Below are positions 7,981 through 23,585 of a stretch of DNA of 27,795 nt, piece by piece. Source of the DNA: an uncultured Verrucomicrobiae bacterium. Its GTDB lineage: Bacteria; Verrucomicrobiota; Verrucomicrobiia; Limisphaerales; JAFGQR01. The stretch covers positions 1 through 27,795 of the forward strand of contig CAWBHS010000068.1 in NCBI GenBank assembly GCA_963788655.1, read 5' to 3'. Both the position numbers and the translations under genes were made by a program. The notes under the pieces are model-generated. The model had not been told where the DNA came from. It made no database searches and was given only the letters and a program-made list of their open reading frames with translations. Every line of letters starts with the position of its first letter. The stretch's first letter is position 1.

Positions 7981-8120
7981 TGACAGGCACACCCGGTGCG
8001 CAACCGCAAAGGTTAAGCGCAGAGATTCCGAGAACGCAGAGATTGCTGCGACCGCCGAATAACGAGGCGAGCAGTTTCATGGGGATCAGCGACGGCTGCG
8101 GGCGTTTCGGTTCATTGCGT

Positions 8121-10402
8121 TCACGGCAGCTCCAGCGTGCGGTAAAAGGCCGGGCCGGGCGGGGCGTTGGTGTCGGTGAAAGTGAACGAGCCGTCCCGCG
8201 CGGGAGAAAGGGGGCTGGTGGTGAGAGTGGTCCAGGTGATCGGCGGGGCGAGGTTCGTGGCGCGCTGCACGTCGTATTGGTAGCCGGTCACGCCGGAGAA
8301 CTGGATCGAGGCCGTGGAGTTGGTTACCGCCACCGACTTGATGATGCTGCCAATGCGGGCCTTGGCCAGAGAGTATGACACTTTGCCCCCAGCGGTGGTG
8401 AACGCGCCGCCCACATATAGATCAGGACCCATGACTGCCAAGTCCCACACAGAGCCGCCAACCCCTGAACCGAGTGCGCTCCAACTATTCCCGTTCCACT
8501 TTGGCGATTCCATTTACTGGGGCTCCCACCCGCTGTCGTGAACGCGCCTCCAGCATACAGGTCGCTGCACGACACCGTGAGCGCAGTAACATCGCCATAC
8601 GTGGGCATCCCCGAACCGAGTGCACTCCAACTGCTCCCGTTCCATTTGGCGATGTTACTGGCCGCGATGACACCTGCCGTCGTGAAATCCACCCCCCGCA
8701 TACAGGTCGCTGCCCAGCACCGCCAGCACATGCACAGAGGGCCAATCTCCACCCATCCCCGAAGCGAGCGCGCTCCAACTGCTCCCGTTCCATTTGGCGA
8801 TGCAATCGGCTGTGCTGCCGCCCGCCGTCGTGAACCGGCCGCCCGCGTATAGGTCGCTCCCCGCCACCACCAAGGCATACACGGTGCCGTTCATCCCCGA
8901 GCCCAGTGCGCTCCAAGTGTTTCCGTCCCACCGAGCAATGTTATTGGCCGACACCCCGCCCGCTGTGGTGAAATCTCCGCCCACGTAGAGATTGCTGCCG
9001 GACACCGCCAGCGCAGTCACATAATTCACCACATTCCCGTTCACCCCTGAGCCCAGCGCGCTCCAACTGCTCCCGTTCCATTTGGCGATCCGATTGGCCG
9101 ACACTCCGCCTGCCACTGGTGAAATCTCCCCCCGCATAGAGGTCGCGGCCGGACACCGCCAGCGCTCGAATATGCTCATCCATACCTGATCCCACCGTGC
9201 TCCAAATGCTCCCGTTCCATTTGGCAACGCGATTGACTGACACCCCACCCGCCGCGTTAAGGTATCCCCCCACATACAGGTCGCTGCCGGACACCGCCAA
9301 CGCAGCCAGTGGACCGTCTGGCCCTGAGTACAACGCGATCTCACTCCAACCGTTTTCGTTCCATTTGGTGATCCCAAAATCGCCACCGACGTACAGGTCG
9401 CTCGCCGAAACCGCCAGCGCAGACACCCAGTAGTCCTCGATATAGGGACCCACCGTGCTCCAACTGCTGCCGTTCCATTTGCCGATCCGACCGATCGAAT
9501 CAGTACCCATACTGGAACTGGAACACCACATATAGATCGTTGCCCGCAACCGTCAGTGCAAACACGTAGCCGGGCGTGTCCGTTCCCGAACCGACTGCGC
9601 TCCAACTCGACCCATTCCATCGGGCAATATACGAGGCCGGCACGCCGCCCGCCGCAGTGAAATAGCCCCCCGCATACAGGTCACTGCCCAGCACGGCCAG
9701 CGAATACACACGGGCGTTCACCCCCGATCCCAAGGCGCTCCAACTGGACCCGTTCCATTTGGCGATGTAATTGACCGACACCTCACCCGCGTTCGTGAAG
9801 TCGCCCGCCGCATACAGATCACTGCCCGACACTTCCAGTGCAAGCACACTACGGTTCATCCCCGCACCAACTGCGCTCCAATTAGTCCCATTCCATCTGG
9901 CGACGTTTGTGGCCGACACTCTGCCCGCTCTGGTGAAAAGTCCCCCCACATACAGGTCGCCACCTGATACCGCCATAGTCGTGACCGTGCCGCCCACCCC
10001 CGAACCTAGCGCGCTCCAATTGGTCCCGTTCCATCTGGCAATGTTTGTGGCCGCTACTTCGCCCGCCGTAGTGAAAAGGCCGCTCGCATACAGGTCGGTG
10101 CCCGACACTGCCAGGTCCCACACCATGCCGTCGATCCCCGATCCCAGCGCACTCCACTTGGTCCCGTCCCACCTGGCGATATTTGTGGCGAACATCTCTC
10201 CCGCTATCGTGAACGCGCCGCCGACGTAGAGGTTGCCCAAGCCGTCCACCACTACCGCGTCAACCTCGCCGTCCACGCCGTAAATGCCACCCATGCTGGT
10301 CCAGTTGTGATCACTGAAGGTCCCGGCGGAGAGGTTGGCGGCGTACGCGCCAACCAGAAGCACGGCGACGACGGCAAGGGCATGACGATTGGTTCTGCCC
10401 AT
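8121..10402 (-). CDS. Secreted beta-propeller repeat protein (~46 aa GGxFTTAGG..ANNIA(K/R)W(N/D)GxxWSALGSG repeats) with a C-terminal FYR-type domain; several frameshifts
   Basis: Signal peptide MGRTNRHALAVVAVLLVGAYAANLSA; more than 10 repeats distributed across ORFs 9500-10417, 8941-9549, 8655-9620, 8324-8878 and 8121-8513. Confidence 0.82.
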
Positions 10403-10409
10403 ATCGAAA

Positions 10410-16004
<5,595 letters not shown>

Positions 16005-16051
16005 AGGCGACCATCACAGCTATTTGTTAACCTTCCAACGTCCTAACCGCG

Positions 16052-16100
16052 ATCTCAGCAGGAATGGCCATTGGTGTCAACAATATATTTAAAAAAATAC
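16052..16100 (-). promoter_or_regulatory. Putative promoter of the giant gene
   Basis: Perfect TTGACA (16080-16075), 17 nt spacer, weak -10 TGAGAT; AT-rich UP-like tract at 16081-16099. Confidence 0.5.
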
Positions 16101-16173
16101 GTGCGGTGGTTTTTCGGAACTGATTCAACGAACGATCGGGCGGGGGAAGCGCGGACCTGAGGCGTTATTGTTT

Positions 16174-16404
16174 TTTGCCACCGGGCAAAACAACCTGGCG
16201 ATGAACCGCACTGTGGCGCAGATCGCCCGGCATTACATTCAGGGCAACACGATTCCCGAGCCGATGCTGAACCGCGTCGAGGCGGGCATCCGGGCGTTCG
16301 ATCCGTGCCTGAGTTGCTCGACGCACGCCGACGGCCGTCTGGCACTCGAAGTAGCGTTGGTCGCGGCGGATGGATCGGTGCTGGACCAAAAGGGGCGCGG
16401 GTGA
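16174..16404 (+). pseudogene. 3' remnant of a group 3 [NiFe]-hydrogenase large subunit (HoxH-like)
   Basis: ATGQNNLAMN...LNRVEAGIRAFDPCLSCSTH (L2 motif) plus the cleavable C-terminal tail; the upstream part of the gene, including the L1 motif, is absent. Confidence 0.85.
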
Positions 16405-16449
16405 AAACTTCGGATTCAACCGAGCGGCTGACGCAAGGATCCAATCCCT

Positions 16450-16621
16450 GGTAGGGCGAGACTCCGTCGAGCCCTGATTTCCCCTGGGCGCGTTCAGTAG
16501 CAAGAATCCGGTCAAAGGAAAATCTTGTGATGTTCGAACACTATGGTCTTCCCGGCGTTGCCGCTTTCGGGAGTTCGGAAGCGCCTCGGAAAGTCAGGGC
16601 TCGACGGAGTCTCGCCCTACC
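16450..16621. repeat. GTAG-type REP doublet (REPIN-like), perfect 28-bp inverted repeat
   Basis: GGTAGGGCGAGACTCCGTCGAGCCCTGA (16450-16477) is the exact reverse complement of 16594-16621. Confidence 0.9.
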
Positions 16622-16643
16622 TGGCCGGCACGTGGGACTGAAG

Positions 16644-16671
16644 AATCCGTGAAGATCCGTGCAATCCGCGG
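16644..16671 (+). repeat. ATCCGTG-type tandem repeat
   Basis: AATCCGTGAAG-ATCCGTGCA-ATCCGCGG. Confidence 0.7.
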
Positions 16672-16704
16672 TCAATCCACTGCGGGCCATACATTAAACC
16701 TTCG

Positions 16705-17153
16705 ATGCCCAACACCCTGATCATCGGTTACGGCAATGAGATTCGCGGCGACGACGCGGTCGGGCCACGGATTGCGGCGTTGGTGAACGATTGGAAGCTT
16801 CCCGCGGTAACGGCGTTGGCTGTCCATCAACTGCCCCCGGAACTGGCCGAACCGATCGCTGCGGCGCAACAGGTGGTTTTTGTCGATGCCAGCGCTGATC
16901 CGAACGTGCGGGAGGTCCAGACGCGACCACTTGAACCGGCAACCCAGCGCAGTGGCGGGACGGACACGTGAGCCGTCCTGGCGATTTGCTGGCGCTGGCG
17001 CAAGCCGTCTATGGGCATTGTCCGCCGGCCTGGCTGATCACGGTGCCCGGCGAACGCTTTGAATTCGGCGAATCGCTGTCACCGCGAGCGGAACATGGGA
17101 TGAGGGAGGCATTGGTCCTCTTGCGGAGCTACTGCGGGAAGTTGGAACCGTAA
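16705..17153 (+). CDS. Hydrogenase maturation protease (frameshift near 16965)
   Basis: LIIGYGNEIRGDDAVG, HQLPPELAE, VVFVDA, then FEFGESLS in the next frame. Confidence 0.88.
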
Positions 17154-17172
17154 GCGCAGTGGCCATTTGCAG

Positions 17173-17413
17173 CGTGCTGCCGGCATCTTGCCGGCAGTTT
17201 GGAACAGAGCGTTCGATAAATGACCAATGACCACTGTCCAATGACCAGCGAATGACCACGACCCAATCCCCAACTCCCAACCGACGAGCGGTGGACGCTC
17301 CCAATGCGCCTTGGTGCTTGGAATTTGGACCTTCTCTGGAGCTTGGTCCTTGGCCATTGGTCATTCCTGCCCGCTGTTCCATTCGGTTCTGCCGGCGAGA
17401 CGCCAGCAGCACG
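17173..17413. repeat. Nested palindrome: REP pair enclosing a heptamer-repeat hairpin
   Basis: Outer arms 17173-17197 and 17389-17413 match 22/25; inner (AATGACC)n arm 17219-17241 and 17343-17365 match 19/23. Confidence 0.85.
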
Positions 17414-17484
17414 TTATTTCGGCCCGACGCTGCCTCCAAAACAGGACTTCCCGAGTTGACTCGGATGCGTTAGGCTGCCGCCCT

Positions 17485-18375
17485 ATGAAAGGCGTCATCC
17501 TTGCCGGCGGGTCCGGCAGCCGGTTGTATCCGCTGACCCAGGTGGCCAGCAAACAACTTCAACCGGTGTTTGATAAGCCCATGGTTTATTATCCGCTGAC
17601 CACGCTCATCGAGGGTGGGATTCGGGAGATTTGCCTCATTTCCTCACCGCAGGATCTGCCGCGCTTCCGCCAATTGTTGGGCGAGGGCGGCAACTGGGGA
17701 TTGCGCATCGAATACCGTGAACAACTGCGGCCCGAAGGCATTGCCCAGGCCTTTCTGATCGCCGAATCCTTCATCGGCACGGACCCCGTCACGCTCATTT
17801 TAGGCGACAACGTTTTTTATGGAGGCGACAATTTCCAACGCGCGTTTGGTGAATTCAAATCGGGCGCCACGATGTTCGGCTATCATGTCCATGATCCCGA
17901 ACGTTACGGCGTCGTTGAGTTCGGCGACGATGGCCGGGCGCTGTCCATCGAAGAGAAACCCAGCCAACCCAAAAGCAATTATGTGGTGCCCGGCTTGTAC
18001 CTGTACGATCATCAGGTGGTGCTCATAACCAAAAATCTGAAACCGTCCGCGCGCGGTGAGTTGGAAATCACCGATGTGAATGTCGAATATCTGCGCCGCG
18101 GGCAATTGCGGGTGCATCGGCTGAGCCGGGGCTTCGCCTGGTTGGACGCGGGCACCAGTACCAGTTTGCACGAGGCTTCGGCCTATGTGCAGACCATCGA
18201 AAAACGGCAGGGCATAAAAATCGGCTGCCCCGAGGAAGCGGCATTGCACCGGGGCTTCCTGTCGCTCGCCCAACTGGAAGCCTTGACCGCGAACATGCCG
18301 CGGTGCGAATACCGCGATTATCTGACCGAAGTGGTGGAGGAAGCCCGCCGCTTGCCCGCACCACCCTGCCAATGA
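17485..18375 (+). CDS. rmlA: Glucose-1-phosphate thymidylyltransferase
   Basis: MKGVILAGGSGSRLYPLT...SKQL, ILGDN, EEKP, SARGELEITD and AWLDAGT motifs. Confidence 0.96.
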   Translation: MKGVILAGGSGSRLYPLTQVASKQLQPVFDKPMVYYPLTTLIEGGIREICLISSPQDLPRFRQLLGEGGNWGLRIEYREQLRPEGIAQAFLIAESFIGTDPVTLILGDNVFYGGDNFQRAFGEFKSGATMFGYHVHDPERYGVVEFGDDGRALSIEEKPSQPKSNYVVPGLYLYDHQVVLITKNLKPSARGELEITDVNVEYLRRGQLRVHRLSRGFAWLDAGTSTSLHEASAYVQTIEKRQGIKIGCPEEAALHRGFLSLAQLEALTANMPRCEYRDYLTEVVEEARRLPAPPCQ

Positions 18376-18921
18376 CCATCCTGACTTGCGACTTGCCCGG
18401 CTTGCTCATCGTCGAACCCAAAGTGATGGGAGACGCTCGCGGATTCTTCCTGGAACTCTGGCACCAGCAGCGTTACCAGGAAGCTGGATTGGAGGTCGGG
18501 TTCGTCCAGGACAATCTCTCACGCTCGCGCCAGGGCACTCTGCGGGGCCTGCACTTTCAGAATCCCCGGGCGCAAGGCAAACTCATCTCCGTGCTCGAGG
18601 GTGAAGTGTTCGACGTCGCGGTTGATCTCCGGCGCAGCTCCCCGACCTTTGGACGCTGGCACGGCTTGCGGCTTTCCAGCGACAACCACCGGCAGTTCTT
18701 CATCCCGTCCGGCTTCGCGCACGGCTTCCAAGTCCTCAGTGAAACCGCGTTGTTCCATTACAAGTGTACCGCGTATTACGCGCCCGAAACCGAACTGGCG
18801 GTTCGCTGGAACGATCCCGACCTGGCCATTCAATGGCCGTTGCCGAATCCCATTCTCTCAGATCAAAGACCAGGCCGCTCCTCTACTCCGTGAGCTGCCG
18901 CCTGAGCGGTTATTCGATTGA
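18372..18921 (+). CDS. rmlC: dTDP-4-dehydrorhamnose 3,5-epimerase (1-nt frameshift near 18863)
   Basis: GDARGFF, FVQDNLS.S, LRGLHFQ, VFDVAVDLR, GFAHGF; the C-terminus KDQAAPLL is in the adjacent frame; ATGA overlap with rmlA. Confidence 0.94.
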
Positions 18922-18932
18922 ACGTCTGCGCC

Positions 18933-19817
18933 ATGAATACTTCACGAATTCTGTTGATCGGTGCGAACGGTCAAGTCGGCTGGGAGCTGCGCCGCACCCT
19001 GGCACCGTTGGGACCACTGATCGCTGTGGACTACCCGGATATCGATCTGGCCGACGGCGCATCGATTCAAAAGTGGATCCAAGATTCGCAACCGAATCTC
19101 ATTGTCAATGCCGCAGCCTACACCGCGGTGGACCAAGCCGAAAGCGATGCCGAACTCGTCATGAAGATCAACGGCCAGGCCCCCGGCATTTTGGCCAAAG
19201 CCGCCAAAGAGGCCAGCGCCCTGTTGGTGCATTATTCGACAGATTACGTGTTTGATGGCAACCAGACCGAACCCTATCTCGAGGAGGATCGGCCCAATCC
19301 GCAAAGCGTTTACGGACTTTCCAAACTGGCCGGCGAACAGGCGGTGCAAGCCGCGGATGGCCTTCATCTTATTTTCCGGTTGTGCTGGGTTTACGGGGCG
19401 CGCGGGCGCAACTTCATGTTAACCGTCAGGCGTCTGGCCCGGGAACAGGAAAAGCCGCGCATCGTGCATGACCAGGTGGGCAGTCCGACGTGGTGCCGGT
19501 TGATTGCCGAGACCACGGCCTTGGCACTGCAACAAGTCCGGGCGGTGGCGGCCCCGAGCCGCTTTACGGGCCTGTATCATCTGAGCGCCGCCGGCGCCAC
19601 CAGTTGGCATGGCTTTGCGGAAGCGATCGTTTCCATGATGCCGCCGGAAGAAACGAAGTGCCGGCAAATCGAAGCAATCACCACCCAGGAATATCCTACC
19701 CCGGCGAAGCGTCCGGCCTATTCCGTGCTGAACTGCGCGAAACTGAAACGCACGTTTGGACTGCACCTGCCGGATTGGAAAGAGAGTCTCAACCAAGTGC
19801 TCGCGCAGACGAGTTAA
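18933..19817 (+). CDS. rmlD: dTDP-4-dehydrorhamnose reductase
   Basis: [31 protein letters not shown] and AKRPAYS motifs. Confidence 0.96.
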   Translation: MNTSRILLIGANGQVGWELRRTLAPLGPLIAVDYPDIDLADGASIQKWIQDSQPNLIVNAAAYTAVDQAESDAELVMKINGQAPGILAKAAKEASALLVHYSTDYVFDGNQTEPYLEEDRPNPQSVYGLSKLAGEQAVQAADGLHLIFRLCWVYGARGRNFMLTVRRLAREQEKPRIVHDQVGSPTWCRLIAETTALALQQVRAVAAPSRFTGLYHLSAAGATSWHGFAEAIVSMMPPEETKCRQIEAITTQEYPTPAKRPAYSVLNCAKLKRTFGLHLPDWKESLNQVLAQTS

Positions 19818-19849
19818 ACGTTCCAGCCACGACCAAACCAAGAACAACC

Positions 19850-20884
19850 ATGCAACTGCTTGTCACCGGCGGGGCCGGCTTCATCGGTTCGAACCTGATT
19901 CACCATATCATTGACCGGCCGGAAATCGAACGGTTGATCAACCTCGATTGCCTCACGTACGCCGGCCATCTGGCCAACCTCGAATCCGTCAGCCGGCACC
20001 CAAAATACGTCTTCGAAAAAGTCGATCTGCGCGACAAAGCCGCCGTGCTCGAAGTGGTGCGCCGCCACCGCATCACCCACGTAATGCACTTGGCGGCCGA
20101 ATCGCATGTGGACCGCTCAATCAGTGGTCCCGGTGACTTTATTCAGACGAATATCGTGGGGACCTTCAACCTCCTCGAAGCCTGCCGCGCGACCTGGCTT
20201 GATCCGGCATCTGGCATCCAATTTCTGGCATCCGCCACCCGCTTCCACCACATCAGCACCGACGAAGTCTATGGCAGCCTGGGGCCCTCCGGGTTCTTTA
20301 CTGAAACCACCCCGTACGCGCCCAATTCGCCTTACTCGGCGAGCAAGGCCGCCAGTGACATGCTGGTCCGCGCCTACCAACACACCTACGGTCTGCCGAC
20401 GGTCATCACCAATTGCTCGAACAACTATGGGCCGTTTCAATTCCCGGAAAAGCTCATCCCGGTGGTCATTCAAACGGCCCTCGCCCGGAAACCGATCCCT
20501 GTGTACGGCGACGGTATGAACGTGCGCGACTGGCTCTACGTGCGCGACCATGCCGAAGCCCTTTGGCAGGTGCTCACCCGCGGTCAAATCGGCGAAACCT
20601 ACAACATCGGCGGCCATAATGAGTGGGCCAACCTCCGCATCGTCGAGTTGATCTGCGACCTGATCGATGAACTGAAGCCAGACCTGGGAGGCAACACCCG
20701 TCAACTGATCACCTTCGTTACCGACCGGCCCGGTCACGACCGGCGTTACGCCATCGACGCCTCAAAGATCCAGCGCGAGCTGGGCTGGTCCCCGGCCCAC
20801 ACCTTCGAAGGCGGCTTACGCGAAACCGTGCAATGGTATCTCGACCACCAGAAATGGGTGCAAACAGTGTTGCCCGCAAAGTAA
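19850..20884 (+). CDS. rmlB: dTDP-glucose 4,6-dehydratase
   Basis: [38 protein letters not shown] and DRPGHDRRY motifs. Confidence 0.97.
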   Translation: MQLLVTGGAGFIGSNLIHHIIDRPEIERLINLDCLTYAGHLANLESVSRHPKYVFEKVDLRDKAAVLEVVRRHRITHVMHLAAESHVDRSISGPGDFIQTNIVGTFNLLEACRATWLDPASGIQFLASATRFHHISTDEVYGSLGPSGFFTETTPYAPNSPYSASKAASDMLVRAYQHTYGLPTVITNCSNNYGPFQFPEKLIPVVIQTALARKPIPVYGDGMNVRDWLYVRDHAEALWQVLTRGQIGETYNIGGHNEWANLRIVELICDLIDELKPDLGGNTRQLITFVTDRPGHDRRYAIDASKIQRELGWSPAHTFEGGLRETVQWYLDHQKWVQTVLPAK

Positions 20885-20980
20885 ACCAACGATCGGAACC
20901 AACCCCGCTCTGGTTGGAAATCTGGCGTTGCCACCGGGGCCAGGATTGCAATCCGCATCGGATTCAGGTCAATTGGCCGC

Positions 20981-21583
20981 ATGATGGAACTCGATCTTGA
21001 AGGCAAACACGCCGCCCGTGCCTACGGGGTGCTGGCCAGCTTGATAACGCCGCGCCCGATTGCGCTGATTACTTCGGTAAGCCCGGACGGCAAAATCAAT
21101 GCCGCGCCCTTCAGTTTCTTCAATGCGCTCGGCGCCCGTCCGCCGATCGTGGCGGTGGCTCCCGGCGACCGTGACGATGGCACGCCCAAAGACACTGCCC
21201 GCAATATCCGGCTGACGCACGAATTCGTCGTGAACCTGGTGGATGAAGCCATCGCCGAAGCCATGAACCGTTGTGCTGCCGCCCTGCCCTACGGCGAAAA
21301 TGAACTCGAGATTGCCGGGCTGACAGCGGTGCCTGCTTCCGTCGTGCGTCCGCCGCGTATCGCCGAAGCGCCGGCAAACCTGGAATGTGTCGAATACGGC
21401 ACGTTGCGCATTGGCGAAAACCGGCTGGTCCTCGGCCTGGTGAAACGCGTCCATGTTCGCGACGGCATTCTGGATCCGGAAACCTTGCGCCTCCAACCCG
21501 ATCATTACCAACCCATCGGCCGGATGCACGCCCCCCATTGGTATTGTCGCACGCGGGACCGGTTCGAAATGGTACGCCCTTGA
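20981..21583 (+). CDS. Flavin reductase family protein (DIM6/NTAB-like)
   Basis: ITPRPIALITS, NAAPFSFFN, KDTARNI, EFVVN and PPRIAEAPANLEC motifs. Confidence 0.9.
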   Translation: MMELDLEGKHAARAYGVLASLITPRPIALITSVSPDGKINAAPFSFFNALGARPPIVAVAPGDRDDGTPKDTARNIRLTHEFVVNLVDEAIAEAMNRCAAALPYGENELEIAGLTAVPASVVRPPRIAEAPANLECVEYGTLRIGENRLVLGLVKRVHVRDGILDPETLRLQPDHYQPIGRMHAPHWYCRTRDRFEMVRP

Positions 21584-22824
21584 TGATGAATAAAGCGTCT
21601 TCCCGGTCAAAAACTGACCACCAGCATGTCCCTGCCACCGGCAGCATCGCCGGCGCGCAAACCCGGCGCACGCCGTGGGTGCAGATGAAGTATTACAGTT
21701 TTCACCCGTGCATTTATCCGGCGATGCTCAAGACCGTTTCCCCCGACGCCAAGGCCGGAGATTTGGTGACGGTGTATGACAAGGACGGCCACTTGTTCGG
21801 CGCCGGCTTGTACAATCCCAAAGCCCGGGTGCCATTGCGGGTGTTTGCGCATGGTGAGGCGCCGTTCACTGAGGCAGACTTCATCGGATTGCTCGATCGC
21901 GCGATTGATCTGCGCCTCGAACTTTTGGAATTACCCCAACACAGCGATGCGTTTCGGGTGGTCAACTCCGATGGCGACGGCTTGAGCGGCTTGGTGGTGG
22001 ACCGTTACGCGGATGTTTTGAGCGTGGAAGTACACAGCCTTGGGGTGTTCCACCGGCTGCCACAATGGCTGGCGCATCTCCATCGCCGGTTGGGAACGCA
22101 GCGGGCAGTGATCGAAGTCGATCCGCAAGTGGCCCGAATCGAAGGGATCAAGCCCCAGACCTTGCCATCCGACGCGGTGCGCACCGTTCGCATCCAGGAA
22201 CACGGCGTGCGTTACGAAGTGGATTTTGCCGCAGGTCACAAAACCGGCTTTTTCTGCGATCAACGCGAGAACCGCCGTCGGGTAACGGCGTGGACTCAAG
22301 GCAAACGCGTTTTGGATCTGTGCTGTTACACCGGCGGCTTTGCGCTGGCGACTCGCGTGCTCGGTGGCGCGCAGGAAGCGACCGGTGTGGACCTTGATGA
22401 AAAGGTCATTGCCCAGGCGCGCCGCAACGGCAATCTCAATCAAACCCGCGTGGACTGGGTGCATTGTGATGCGTTTGCCTACGCCCACCAGATGCACAAA
22501 AACGGGCGGCGTTGGGACGTGGTGGTGGTGGATCCGCCAAAATTGATCTTCAGCCGGGACGACGCCTTCGAGGGCCGCCGCAAATATGAAGACCTCAACG
22601 GATTGGCCGCGCGCTTGGTGGAACCGGGGGGCCTGCTGGTCACGTGTTCCTGCTCCGGCCTGCTCTCCGAAGAGGACTTCGAGAAACTGGCAATTCGCGG
22701 AGCGCACCGGGTGGACCGGCGGCTGCAATTCCTCGAGCGGACCGGCGCCGCGGCGGACCATCCCGTGATGTCTAATTGCCCGGAAAGCCGTTACCTGAAG
22801 GTGCTGTGGGCGCGGGTGCTGTGA
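21583..22824 (+). CDS. RlmI/RlmK-like class I SAM-dependent rRNA methyltransferase
   Basis: PUA-like N-terminus; DGLSGLVVDRY, GHKTGFFCDQRENR, VLDLCCYTGGF, DPPK, TCSCS and E.RYLK motifs. Confidence 0.9.
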   Translation: MMNKASSRSKTDHQHVPATGSIAGAQTRRTPWVQMKYYSFHPCIYPAMLKTVSPDAKAGDLVTVYDKDGHLFGAGLYNPKARVPLRVFAHGEAPFTEADFIGLLDRAIDLRLELLELPQHSDAFRVVNSDGDGLSGLVVDRYADVLSVEVHSLGVFHRLPQWLAHLHRRLGTQRAVIEVDPQVARIEGIKPQTLPSDAVRTVRIQEHGVRYEVDFAAGHKTGFFCDQRENRRRVTAWTQGKRVLDLCCYTGGFALATRVLGGAQEATGVDLDEKVIAQARRNGNLNQTRVDWVHCDAFAYAHQMHKNGRRWDVVVVDPPKLIFSRDDAFEGRRKYEDLNGLAARLVEPGGLLVTCSCSGLLSEEDFEKLAIRGAHRVDRRLQFLERTGAAADHPVMSNCPESRYLKVLWARVL

Positions 22825-22891
22825 ACCGGATTTTGCGCCGGAAAATCTTGCAAGCCGGCCAGTCACCGGCGACAACATTCCCCCACCGATT

Positions 22892-23521
22892 ATGTTTACC
22901 GGAATTGTTGAAGAAGCAGGCGTTGTTAAAGTCATCCACAAAACGGCCAAAGGCATTCGCCTGACCGTACAGGCGCAGATTTGCGCCAAAGGTATCAAAC
23001 AAGGCGACAGCCTCGCCATCAACGGTTGTTGCCTGACCATCGTCAAGGCGGCGCCGTCCCGGAAAGGCAAACTGCTCCAGTTCGATTTATTGCAGGAAAC
23101 CTGGGACAAAACCAATCTGTCCCATACCCGCGTGGGTTCGCTCGTCAATCTCGAACGGCCTTTGCGCGCCGACGGACGGTTGGATGGCCATTTTGTCACC
23201 GGCCATGTGGACGGTATGGGCATCATTACCCAATGGAAACGCGTCGGGGCGGATTGGGTGTTGGACCTCAAGCTGCCGTCCGAAGTGATGCGCTACATGG
23301 TCTACAAAGGGTCCATTGCCGTGGACGGCATCAGCCTGACCGTGGCCGAGGTGCTGAAGCGGGGGTGCCGGATTTGGATCATTCCGCACACCTACGAAGT
23401 AACCGCGCTGCGGGAACGCAAGGTGGGCGACCCGGTGAATCTGGAAGCGGACATCCTGGGCAAATACGTGGACCGATTTTTCGAACAAATGGCGAAAAAG
23501 CCCAAAAAAATCCAGAAATAG
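22892..23521 (+). CDS. ribE: Riboflavin synthase (alpha chain)
   Basis: MFTGIVE N-terminus, GDSLAINGCCLT, GHFVTGHVD, KGSIAVDGISLTV. Confidence 0.96.
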   Translation: MFTGIVEEAGVVKVIHKTAKGIRLTVQAQICAKGIKQGDSLAINGCCLTIVKAAPSRKGKLLQFDLLQETWDKTNLSHTRVGSLVNLERPLRADGRLDGHFVTGHVDGMGIITQWKRVGADWVLDLKLPSEVMRYMVYKGSIAVDGISLTVAEVLKRGCRIWIIPHTYEVTALRERKVGDPVNLEADILGKYVDRFFEQMAKKPKKIQK

Positions 23522-23524
23522 TGC

Positions 23525-23553
23525 TTGCCACAAGGCCGGAGGTTTTCTAGGTT
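23525..23553 (+). promoter_or_regulatory. Putative sigma70 promoter of rpmB
   Basis: TTGCCA-17 nt-TAGGTT, about 32 nt before the ATG. Confidence 0.6.
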
Positions 23554-23585
23554 TCGCGTTCCTTTAACTGAAACAGGAATTTATT

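Noticed and set aside
8400..10300. Regularly spaced GCGCTCCAACTG...CCGTTCCATTTGGC repeats as a CRISPR-like or non-coding array
   Set aside because: They are the codons of the protein repeat AKWNGSSWSALG on the minus strand.
17311..17484. N-terminal extension of RmlA, and likewise of RmlB (19490), the methyltransferase (21385), the phosphatase (24059) and the RT (5628)
   Set aside because: The extensions run through repeats, upstream genes or intron RNA; family homology starts at the downstream ATG.
22825..22891. FMN riboswitch upstream of riboflavin synthase
   Set aside because: The intergenic region is only 67 nt and lacks RFN consensus motifs.
21931..23271. 446 aa minus-strand ORF and other long antisense ORFs (14911-15993, 7512-8378)
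   Set aside because: They overlap well-supported genes on the opposite strand; GC-rich shadow frames.
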